Shown here one piece after another: positions 14,455-26,166 of a stretch of 64,000 nt of DNA (positions are counted from its first letter, which is position 1; each line of letters begins with the position of its first letter). This DNA comes from Octopus vulgaris (Eukaryota). The stretch is from positions 105,214,001 through 105,278,000 of the forward strand of contig OX597815.1 of assembly GCA_951406725.2 (NCBI GenBank). Direction: 5' to 3'. Both the position numbers and the translations under genes were made by a program. The notes under the pieces were generated by a model that worked only from the letters and a program-made list of their open reading frames with translations, searched no databases and was not told the DNA's origin.

Positions 14455-15800
14455 TATCGCGGCACGAATGTCACTTGGGGGGGGGACCTCAAGAATCACT
14501 GGATACCTGGAGCCAGCCATCCTCAAAAAGTCGGGGAAGGTCATTTTTGTTTGCAGCCACTGGGGTCCACAGGATGAAAGTTGCCTTTGCACCCTCCCAG
14601 TTGACCGCAGGCATCACTCTTACGTTTAAGGGCCTGGGAGATAGCGGACGGTATCTCCTATCCAACCCGCCTCTATGCCCGGGGGTATCCCACATACCCA
14701 GGCTCTTTTCACCTTCCTCCCGCAGTACAACTGGAGGAACAAAATTTCCTTGCTCTCCAAAGGCTGGCTTCCAAAATTGCAACCCTTCTCAGTGGTGTCA
14801 AACAGCAACCACACCGTTGCATGCCTGACACCCTGGGATATATATTTTACAGGGGACAAATAGTCTTTTAGTTCTTCTTCAATGGTTTGTTTTGGGAAGA
14901 CGGTGATGGTATAAAAAACGTGAGAGTAAGTTCTAACTCCCACTGTCCTCTCCTCCATATCTTTTAACCACTGCTTGGGTGGGACAATCTCCCACTCCAA
15001 AGCAGTGGTTTATTTTTTATCATTTTATCAGCAATGTCGATAAAACACAGTTCAAACAAAGAAAAAAGTCACTCAACCAAAAATAACAAAATGTCTTTGA
15101 ACATAATAAAAATAAAAACACAGTTCAACTAAAATTGGAAGAAATAAAATACTAGTCCAACTAAAATTGTTCGGCAAAAGGAAAGAAAAGACAGCAGTTC
15201 AGAAAATACAATTTTCGTGCTATACGGTGCTCCCAGCTCACTTGCAGCCTTCAAATCTCTTGATAATCCTCCTGGTAAATTCCTTCCAACGTTTCCGGGT
15301 TCAAAACCACGCACAGCTTGCAAACACCAATTTTTTCCAAAATAACTGTAGTGAAAATATTCACCTTGTTCTTCACTTGTTTGTTAACAAGCACAATCAC
15401 AACACCGCCAAGAGTAAGTGAAAATGCCCCAGAGCTGGGCAGAATATACTGTGATAAAAATAAAACACAATAATTTTACCCAGCTCAGAAAAAACAAAAT
15501 CGCTCACCCTGCAGCCGACCTTTGGTAATTTAAACTGGTAATCCACAAATAGTAAAGACAATTTTTACAGCCAACAAATTTTTGCGGAGGGGATACGCCT
15601 CCTCAAAAACACAATTCTCTTCTTTTCGAACAACCACAGGCAGGCAAATGTCTGGAGCAGAGTAGAGACTGTTGCTCAACAAAAATTATTAATAACAGAA
15701 CAACAAAACTCCACTATGACCCCTCCCATAAAACAAACGCCTACCTGTAGTCGAGCTTCAAACTTTCAATATTTCACGTCGGAAGACGTGACTTCCAAGT
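14455..15800 (-). mobile_element. Tx1/L1-like non-LTR retrotransposon 5' UTR plus ORF1, copy 1 (frameshifted, 3'-truncated)
   Basis: ORFs 14626-15000 and 14489-14782 align with the 16123-17154 protein (PPKQW.DMEER.V..RTY, ATVWLLFDT, RAWV.G..PGIE..WI.DT, KA...LWT). Upstream blocks are shared with copy 2. Confidence 0.75.
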
Positions 15801-16122
15801 CGCATACAAATGCGAACTCTTCTGTCAAGTAAGGTAAGCTAGCTACTTTATTTTATCGAATTTGCCAGAAAGGCAGTACATAGAGTATCGTAGCTTGCGG
15901 GTTGGACAAATACATTAATGAGGTGAATGATAATGATGCAAAGATGATAATGATGGGAGAAGACAAAAAGCGCCCGCCGACTTTTGCTTCTCTAAAACAT
16001 TGTTTAAAAAAAAATACTAAATGAGGTATTAAACCTCTTAGAATATCATTACACTTTTATGAACCAAAATGTCCATTACAATTAAAGACAATTACATCAA
16101 TGAATCTTTTAAAAACGTTCTT

Positions 16123-17023
16123 TTAAAGATAGACACATATTGAGGTAATAACCCTGTTACAAAAATATTTACACATTTCGACGCTAGGCCTATTCTTTTT
16201 CGCCCCTGACCCGGCTGTGGGCTGCCCATAGGTACTGCCCCGGATCCCGGTCGGTGGGCAACCAGTTTTGCCCACCTTTCTTTTTTTCCTTTCGTGGGGG
16301 GTTACCTCCTCCTCAACCTCTCCCTCCGTTATATAATGAGGAAGCTCCGTTGGAGGAAAAACCTCCTCCTCTATTAATTTTTCTAGTGCCTTTGCATGGT
16401 TGTTGGGACAATTCCTCTTGATGTGGCCCGAGTCCAGGCACAGGTGACACTTGGCGGAGGTGGGGCGTCCCTCAAGAGTCACCGGATACCTAGAACCGGC
16501 CATCTTTAGAAAATCTGGGAAGACCAGATCTTTGGCTGATTGGGTCCATAGGGTCAAAATTGCTTTCGACCCCACCCAATCAGCCACAGGGAGAATTCTA
16601 ACATTCAAGAGCCTGGTTCCACTGCCACCCAGACCCCGGCGGAGAGTATCCTCTATCCACTCAGGCTCTATTCCGGGTGACAGCCCACTCACCCAGGCTC
16701 TTGTCAATTTCCTCCCACGATATGTGGGGAGGAACACAATCTTTTCCCCTTCCAGGAGCTGACTAGCGAACATGCTAGCCTCTTTAGGTGTGTCGAATAG
16801 CAACCACACTGTTGCGAATTTGACACCCATTGCAATATACTTAATAGTTGGCAGGTATTCTGCCAACTCCTTTTCACTTTCGACCTGCGAGAGCACAGTG
16901 ATGGTGTCAAGCGACTTGAAGTACGTCCTTAACACCACCATTCTCTCATTTCGGTCCTCTATCCACTGCTTGGGGGGGGGATTCAATTTCTCACTCCAAC
17001 ACAGTGGTTTTCTTTGTTGCCAT
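16123..17023 (-). pseudogene. Gag-like ORF1 with CCHC zinc knuckle
   Basis: CHLCLDSGHIKRNC is a CX2CX4HX4C knuckle, followed by an acidic/basic tail (RKKRK). The likely true start is ATG at 17023 (MATKKTTVLE*), with a W-to-stop change and a poly-C frameshift relative to copy 1 (TTALEWEIVPPKQW). The N-terminus of the 343-aa track ORF is therefore probably spurious. Confidence 0.75.
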
Positions 17024-17520
17024 GATTTTAAAACACGAAAAACGAAAAAGAGTTCAAGAAAAAAGTTCAAAGTTCTAAATAAAAGTTCAATAATAAACAC
17101 AAAAAAAGAACGGAAAGACAGAGCAGAGAAAAAGAACGAAGGAAGACAGTTCAATCAACGGCAACGCATTTCCACAACTCCGGTACAGGTACTCCAATCG
17201 CAAAAATAGTCCTTCCTCCTTTGATACTCCTTGGTAATCCAGTGGGAATTCCCAAACACAAATACAGTTTTCGCAAACAAATTAAATTTTTTAGGTGGGG
17301 CTACGCCTCCTCATAAACACAATTCTCACTGCAAAGTGAGTCTTTACGCTCGACCACAGACAGGTAAATGTCTGGAGCGGAGTGGAGACTGTTGCTCACC
17401 AAAAAATATTAAATACAGGGCAACAAACTCCACTAAGCCTTCAAAAACATACAACAAACGCCTACCTGTAGTCGAGCCTCAAAGTCAATATTTCATGAAG
17501 GACATGAGTTCTTCAGTGCA
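16123..17520 (-). mobile_element. Tx1/L1-like non-LTR retrotransposon 5' UTR plus ORF1, copy 2
   Basis: Paralog of 14455-15800. No ORF2 follows ORF1. Confidence 0.75.
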
Positions 17521-17628
17521 CAACACAATGGCACATGCGCACACCGACAACTAAGAATCATGGGAAGTCTCAAAGCCTCATGGGAAGCGAGCTACTTACC
17601 ACACAGCCTCTGCGCCTATATATTAAAA

Positions 17629-17942
17629 TAATAAACTTCTGGAAAGTTTTACAGATTTTTACAGTTCCGGTGAGGGATTGGATCCGTAGTCTTCGAATTA
17701 GCTTTCTCCTTTCTGGTTTTGAGAAGCCTAATTTCTCAAAATTGGTATTTAGGCAGGGCCCCAATAATTACAGGTGTTAACCTGAATTTGTAATCTGGAC
17801 GGAGTAACTGCAGATTTCTCAATAGTTCAGCACATGGGTTCTCTTTTTCACTGATCTTCAGTTTTATGTTAACATCCGCTGGGCAGCTAATTTCCATAAC
17901 TGTGCACAGTTTCTCTTCTTTATCCCAAATCCTTATATCAGG

Positions 17943-17943
<1 letters not shown>
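17629..17943 (-). mobile_element. 3' end of an R4/NeSL-type (restriction-like endonuclease) non-LTR element
   Basis: PDIRIWDKEEKLCTVMEISCPADVNIKLKISEK...PVIIGAL is the RLE PD..(D/E) motif region. Abuts (TATG)n. Second copy at 60169-60499. Confidence 0.8.
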
Positions 17944-17974
<31 letters not shown>

Positions 17975-18089
17975 TGTATGTATGTATGTATGTATGTATA
18001 GCATAATGGCTATAGATCTTCATATAAATATAGTACAACTGGTAAATTAACAGATACAGAAACATACTCATAATGACTAACGCATTCCT

Positions 18090-18433
18090 ACACTACACTG
18101 TTTTCTACTTTCGTCCCTTCTTTACAACACTGACTCCCAGATATCAGATCACCAAACTTAAAATAGCTATTTCCATCGTCTCTACATTTAAACATCCAAT
18201 CCAAATTCGTTGTAATTAATAACTAGTAATTTTTATATAGAACCACACATCTCTAACTCAAACACTACACTGTTTTCTCCTTTCGTCCCTTCTTTACAAC
18301 ACTGACTCCCAGATATCAGATCACCAAACTTAAAATAGCTATTTCCATCGTCTCTACATTTAAACATCCAATCCAAATTCGTTGTAATTAATAACTAGTA
18401 ATTTTTTTATAGAACCACACATCTCTAACTCAA
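18090..18433. repeat. Tandem duplication, 2 x 172 bp
   Basis: acactacactgttttct...cacatctctaactcaa occurs twice head-to-tail with about 2 differences. Confidence 0.95.
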
Positions 18434-18888
18434 ACGTTATGATTAAATAATATCAGTTCACAGTTAACTCTTTGCAATTAGTTATAATGTCAATCCGTTT
18501 ACTCGTTAAGTTTAAGTTTTATTACCAATGTGTAATAAAGTAAATCATACCTATGCCTCATTCGAATAGCGTGAATTAGCATCCCTGTAGATAAAAGTAC
18601 TACACACACAGACACACACAAAAAACACTCCGAAACATAATCACTTTCACTTTCTTCATCCCTCCTTGAACAGTATTATACTTTTAATATTCTTTTCCAC
18701 ACTAAGAATAAAAGTTTTTATTCAAACTAATTCAACAATAAATTCTATCTGAACCAAAGAACCAAAATGGTAGTTTGCCCACTTGTAAGTAAAATGTTAA
18801 TAAGTTACTAGTTTCAAATTACCACGCCTGTTATATGTTACATTTCTTATGTCAGATACACAAAAACATACATACATACATATATATG

Positions 18889-18922
<34 letters not shown>

Positions 18923-19102
18923 TGTATGTATGTATGTATGTATGTATGTATGTATGTATGTATGTATGTATGTATGTACTGTATGTGTTTATGTATGGCG
19001 TAACCAGGAACTTTCTCTTAAACTCCCTGGTGAAGCATACATACATACATACATATATACATATATTGATTAATATTGTGTGTGAGTGTGTGTGTGTGTG
19101 TA

Positions 19103-19246
19103 AATATATATAAATAAATAAATGGAGTTAAACGCAGGTGTTATTCAAATTCTTTTACTTCCGACATATGTTTCGAAACATATGTCTGAAGTAAGAGAAT
19201 TAGAATAACACCTGCATTTAACTCCATTTATTTATTTATATATATT
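19103..19246. repeat. Spacerless palindrome with 72-bp arms centred on TTTCGAAA
   Basis: Arms are reverse complements with about 4 mismatches. Axis at 19174/19175. Confidence 0.93.
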
Positions 19247-19421
19247 ATACAAAATATTTCACATCAGCCCAGATTTTCTACCTTTACAAACAGGGCGTTA
19301 CGTCCTTATTACTTGCGTGATTTTTTGCTGCCCTGATAACTGTATATTTATTTTTTCCGTGTTAATTTTAAACAAAGAAATAATACACACATACATTTAT
19401 ATATGTAAATATTCGTATGTA

Positions 19422-19470
<49 letters not shown>

Positions 19471-19635
19471 GAATTGGACAGCCATGAAACGATCGTAGTG
19501 TTTTACTCATTATCTTTTATTAAACTTTTAATACTTTTGATATATATTTAAAATAATATAAATTAATTAATTTTATGTATTGGCTTAAGGTTTTCATTGT
19601 TTGATTTGCCTAATAGTGGTTTTATCTCTAATTTA

Positions 19636-19705
<70 letters not shown>

Positions 19706-21655
19706 TACGTACATATATAGAAATACATATAAATATATATATAGCGCATTAGCATTTATATTGCTGTAGTCAGGTTCGATTTAGTAGATTGGCGTGTTAT
19801 GGATTTATGTTTTTAAGTGAGCTGCTTTTAAAATTTTACGTGACCTCATTTCACATTTTTGGAAATATGAATCCTTAAATCCATCGTTGTCGTTCTTCAT
19901 TATCTCGTTTTCAGAATTAACTGATTTTGGTGTATGTCGTTGCACCTTCATAATAGGCAGCGCATATGATTGGTGTTCACGTTTCCTCTGGAATTTCAAA
20001 TGTCAGTGTTAGGCTTACTGATATGATTTCCAACAATTTTAATATGTACCGCTTCATGGATTCCCACTGCAAGTCTATCAGTTATGGAATTCCAAAATTT
20101 ATGATTTTCGTGTTTGCTCTAGCCACTCCTAACTTAAATGTTTCTCCTCACATTAAGTTACCGGAGTTCTTCCATCTTGTTCTTTTCTGAAATGTCCATA
20201 ATGAATAGAGAAACCCAGAAAAATACGAGAAGTTGTACATATAGTTCGTGTTGAAAACCCAGTTAGTAAGTCTAGTAACGTCATCAGTTTAATAGGATAG
20301 CCTTTAGTGAAAGATAAATGTAAATAACCTAAATATGTAACATTAAATGTTCGCATATTAGTCATAGCAATCAAGATCGTCAACACTAACGGTTTAACAT
20401 TCAAGATTCATAGTAGTTTGAATACAGACTGTTACTGTGTACACATCCTTGAATAAGACCTATGGCGGTTGGATATCAAACTGAATATGTAAATACCGAA
20501 TAGAAATGATTCTGTAAAGATTAGATCAGAAAAATTATAATGGTATTAGCGAAAATAATTTCAGACATTTAGTAATTTAATCGACATTATTTAGCGAACA
20601 GGAAGAAATCGAATGTTGTGGGATTTGTGAGGGAAGAAGAACTGATACAAAAAGTGTATAAAAAATTTGTCATCAAAGAAGAAAAGAACGAAGTAACTAA
20701 ATGAAAGTTGAGATCTTAGAAAACATGATGAAGAGAGTAAAAGACATCAATATAGCTAGTTAAATAGACAGAGATATAAATAGTTGTATCAGAAAGGGAA
20801 AAAGGTAAACTAGAGAAGACTATTAGAGGAGATTGTTTAGGAAAAGAGCGCATTATAATAAGAAAATTCTATGCATACTGATAGTAATTCTGAATAAGAA
20901 CAGTATATAAATATTCGTAAATAATTTTCAATAAGAAAATTGATTCAAGGCATTTCGGTCATGCAGAAGTGATTGAATGACTATTCCAGTCTCAGTTGAC
21001 TGTCCCTAAAAATATCAACAGGGCAACCTCGAACCGTTCTTTCCCTAATTTGCATAGCATGAAAAGCTTTCAGCTACTTTTTTTATATGGGTTTGCTGAG
21101 GAGTTAATGTGAATATAACCGTAAACAGTAGCTACTTTTATCTAGTGGCATACAGCAGACACAAGAATGTATTATTTTTTAAAATACGGATCGAATTTCT
21201 TGAAATATAGTAGGTTTTTTGGTAGCTGAATATATTTTATATAAACTATTTCGTCGTATTTAATCCTAACAACCGTTGAGTAGAAAAAATACTGTATTTT
21301 GTATTCATTATTCTCAACTACTGAGATGTATTAACCGACCATACAATATAGATTCTATGAATGTTGCTTCAGTAAGTCTACCAGCTTTACATTTGAGTTT
21401 TTAGAATTATGATAATATCCTTCGGGATTTTTTACTGTAAAAATTCGTCTACCAACTTGTCTGATTATAAATAAATTAATTATGTATATGCAACGCCTCT
21501 TTCAATATAAGAATACTGAATTTTACAGATTAAATAAAATCGTCACTTTGGCTCTCAAAGATACGGTAAAATCCAATGAAACATTCTTTATACATTCTTT
21601 ATACATTCTTACATTACTGATACTGTGGATATATATATATATAATGTACCCAAAG

Positions 21656-22026
21656 CAGTGGTTCTCATTCGGTGTCCATATGATCTCTGGGGGCTGTATA
21701 AGATTTTGTCGTTGAAATTTATGTGCAATAAATTGGTTAAGCTTCTACAATGCAAAAAATATTAAATGTTTTTGTACAATTCATGATAACATTTAATTAG
21801 AAAAGACTACAGGATTTTTTTTTTAATTGGATAGCTCTGGGGTTCTGGTAGAGTAAAAAAGGAATTTTATCTCATTGCATTGCATAGTTATTCTTTGATT
21901 TCTTCGCGCAGGCTTTGGAGCAAGAAAGATATTTTTATGAGAATGGGTTGCTAACCCTGAGTATTTTACATGAAGTTATCATCCTCATTTGAATGATTAT
22001 ATGTCACCGAGATCTGACAGACAGAT

Positions 22027-22069
<43 letters not shown>

Positions 22070-22120
22070 GAAAAGTGAATGAAATCCAGGCAAAAAGAAA
22101 AAAATGGTTGAGAAACACTG
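21656..22120. mobile_element. hAT-like MITE
   Basis: TIRs CAGTGGTTCTCA and TGAGAAACACTG. Degenerate 8-bp TSD acccaaag/atttaaag. Confidence 0.65.
21870..22089 (+). repeat. About 210-bp segment duplicated at 26571-26774
   Basis: Identical sequence tctcattgcattgcatag...gtgaatgaaatccag apart from (AG)n length. Confidence 0.95.
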
Positions 22121-22515
22121 ATTTAAAGCAACAAACATTCACAAGTAACACAAACAACATTATATGCCTTAACGACTGCCTCTGGATGAGTTAGATAATT
22201 TAGTAATAGCCCCACACAAACAACTACATACACACAGTCATAACAAAGAAAGAGAGGGATATGACAATGACTTCATGTTTTACTGTTGACTGATTTTGTC
22301 AATTGTTTTGCTCGAATTTAGATCTTTAGCAGACGTATGATCAAAGCTCTCAATACATGACCATTCCATCTTATTTTTTGATAACCTATCGAGTACTACA
22401 CTTTGTAATTTTCTCTCTTATTTTAAAATGGTAAGGGTAGTATGAATTTTAAGGAAATTTTATATGCTCTTCCTTTCTAAAAAGTTGAGCAACCTCAAAG
22501 TCCGTCATTGGTTTA

Positions 22516-22577
<62 letters not shown>

Positions 22578-22999
22578 ACAGAGTGGGTTTAATAGAGAGG
22601 CAGTGTTTCAAAGTTACTATCAACACTATTTTGTGAAAAGTAGTTTGTATATAAATGTATTGAATGCTCTTTCTGTTAATGTTTGACTGTTTATACACAC
22701 ACACATACATTAATTGATACACACACACGCATACATATACAAACAAACTCAGACATACAGACACACCATTCACATGCATGAGATTTTCCGCGCCATTTGT
22801 GCTTCTGCGTGTGTGTAGTGGGGGTAGTTTGTAAGATTGAAATGTAAAAAGTAAGAATGCGATAAACGTTTTCTTATCACTATCTTATTTTTCCTTTAAT
22901 TTCTTAATACTGCTGTTGCTGATTTACTCTCTACTACTACTACTGCTGCTGCTGCTCTTGCTACTGCTGCTTCTCCTGCTGCTGCTGCTACTACTACTA

Positions 23000-23050
<51 letters not shown>

Positions 23051-25290
23051 TTGCGAACTAACGAGAGAAAGGGGTGGGATTGCTCGATCTGATAGAAATA
23101 ACATTTAAAATCATCTGTAAACATATACTACCATTTTAGAATAGAAAAGTATTACTGAATAAGGTAGTTCTAGATAGATTACCTGAAAATAAGGTGGGAT
23201 GATCACCAGTGAAGCACTTTGATCAAAGGCCTGCTTGAACAGACCTGACCTCGGGTTTAAGAACAACAACGACAACAACAGCAACTAATACTACTACTAC
23301 TACTATTACTACTTCTGCTACCACTACTGCTGCTGCCAAAGTTATTGTCAATATTGTTATTTTTATATACTCTGCTACTGCTACTGTTGTTACTATTTGC
23401 CATTTGAATAACTTGTTGGTATTTGAAGAAAACAGCAGATATATTTCAGTAAAACATTCTTATCTCTATCCACAGTCCGAGCGTGTTAGAATGTATTTAA
23501 ACCTGTTGTGTAATATTAGAAGTAAAACAAATAACGGCCTACTTCCAAAGTTACCATTGAAATTCATCAGTCATCAATCGTCTAACCACATACGATCTAG
23601 GAAAAACATTTTAACTTATTGCCAAGGACACACTAATCAATAATCTAGGTAGAATTGCATTTTGGAATCAAGTACACTTTGGCTTGCAATTTCTCTTTAT
23701 CTCTTTCTCTTTCGCTCTCCTGCTTTCCCCCACACTATCTCCACGTGGATATGCACGCACATTCACACACACATACACATACATACTCACACACACACTC
23801 ACAAACGCACACACATACACACGTGTATGTATGTGTGCGTGTGTGTGCGAATATTGCATATATGTATGTATTCTCTAATTTTTCCGCTTCCTTTTCCATC
23901 TTTTCCTCTTTGATTCTATCCCTCTTCTGTTTGCCTGTTTCTCTTTCTCTCTCTTTCTCTTTCACACACACACACACACACAACAATAACAACAACAACA
24001 CACAACACACGCACAGACACACAATGCCTTCTACTCTAACTAACTTTTACATACATCATTAATTCAGCAATTTCGGTATGTAATTAATTCTTGAGGACAG
24101 CGAAATCGGGAAGAGCTAAACAATGACTACTACTACTTCCATCACTACTACTATTACTACCACTACCACTACTATCACAACTGCTGCTACTGCTGCTGCT
24201 GCACCAGCAGCATAATCAGAAGTAGCAGCAACGGCAATGCCAAGAGTAAGGTTCTGCAGGATCGCACGATCTGTTAGAAAAGTCAACCAAATCTACCACG
24301 ATTTGCATGCAACCGAATAAATTATGGAAAGGATAAAATAGATAATGTAGTATTGCAACCCCTAAAAAGAGGGGAAAATCATGGCTGGAAAGCCTATTCT
24401 TTCTTACAATACTGTTGGATACTAACTAGTGTTAACCTGGGGCAAATCGACGGCGACAATAGCAAAAGCAATAACTACAACTATGATATGAGTAAAACAA
24501 TAATCAATAACAATTATAAATAGTAATATTTCAATATATTCACGCCATATCAATAGAGAGACTGTTAAGTTTATAAAGAGATTTCACAAATTCTACCAGG
24601 GAAAAATTATAAAAATACCTTTCAGTGTTTTGAAGAATCGCTATTTTTAGAAAAAATATGTATATTATGCATGTAAAATACTGTTGTGTGTGGCTGTGTG
24701 CACGTACATACGTGTATGTATGGATGTGTGCTGTGTGCATGTGCATATATATATGGATGTGTGCTATGTGTGCATGCGTGCGTATATATGTAAGCATGCA
24801 TATGCATGCATGTAATTGTTATGGCATTTAGTAGTTATATGCAAGAATGAAATACAGGTGTTACCATGCATTATAACTTTTCATGAAGCATGCACATATA
24901 TCCACATACATGCATGTATACATAGATGTATACAAACATAGATATATAATAATGTGGGGAGTTTAACAGGGAAAGGTGCATGTTATACAGTGAATAATCA
25001 TTACACGATGTAGAACTAGACACATATACTGCATATGATAAAAAGTGACCGGAGCTGCACGGCAAAATTTACTGGACTGTCACCATATACATAAGCATTT
25101 ATGTATATACTACAGGTCTCTCTCTCTCTATATATATACACACACACACACACACATATCTATACAATATATAATACATAATGTATATATAATATATATA
25201 TATATATAATATATATATAATATATAAATAATATATATATATAATATATAAATAATATATATATATATATATATATACATATATATATAC

Positions 25291-25367
<77 letters not shown>

Positions 25368-25469
25368 ACAATCGTACTGACTTTCATGGGAAACATATAT
25401 TTTTGTGGTTGAAACCTTTTGGATTAACTAGTGCTAGAGTGAGCCATATAGTGACCACTCTCTTATATT

Positions 25470-25473
25470 TATT

Positions 25474-25504
<31 letters not shown>

Positions 25505-25658
25505 ATACATATGCATATATGGGTACATGACGTCACCAAGAGTAAACAACATGAAATACGAAAACAACGAGAGAAACAAATGTAAAACAGGACAAGTAAC
25601 ATAAAGAACGACCCTTCATCAGTTGTCGGCTGTCTATCTACTCCTCTTTTCGAGCAAT
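25470..25658 (-). mobile_element. 5'-truncated relative of the 52614-53576 ribozyme element
   Basis: The minus strand reads GCTC-GAAA...GGAGT...CTGATGA-A-GGGT, then a T-rich tract and ggtgacgtcatgtacccatatatgcat, homologous to 53400-53450. Confidence 0.65.
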
Positions 25659-25717
25659 GTATGTACACACCTGTATTATATATAAGCATGTGCACATATA
25701 TGTATATATACATTTGT

Positions 25718-26100
25718 GGCGTAGATGTGGCTGTGTGGTAAGAAGCGTCCTTCACAACCGCATGGTTCCGGATTCAGTCCTATTGCATGGGCAAGTGTCT
25801 TCTAATATAGCATCTGATCGACCAAAGCCTTGTGAGTGAATTTGGTGGGCGGAAATTGAAAGAAGTCCGTAGTATATACTTATATATCTTTGTATGTGTA
25901 TGTGTCTTAGTGTCTGTGTTTGTTCTCCACCTTGGTTTATAAACCAGTAAGGGTTTGCGTTCGTCTCCAGCAAAAGAAACCGATAGAATGAGTTACAGGC
26001 TTGAATTTTTTTTTTAATGAGTACCAGGGTCGATTCCTTCGGCTGAAAGTTCTAATGACTGCGTTCTAATGACTGAAACAAGTAAAAGATAAAAGATAAA
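25718..26100 (+). mobile_element. tRNA-derived SINE, family B
   Basis: Head ggcgtagatgtggctgtgtggtaagaag...ggattcagtcc and tail aatgactgaaacaagtaaaagataaaaga. Confidence 0.88.
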
Positions 26101-26114
26101 ATGTGTGTGCATAT

Positions 26115-26166
<52 letters not shown>

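Noticed and set aside
16985-17154. Hydrophobic N-terminus (signal peptide or TM) on the 343-aa ORF
   Set aside because: It is an out-of-frame read of the T-rich 5' UTR. The paralog indicates the real start is near 17023.
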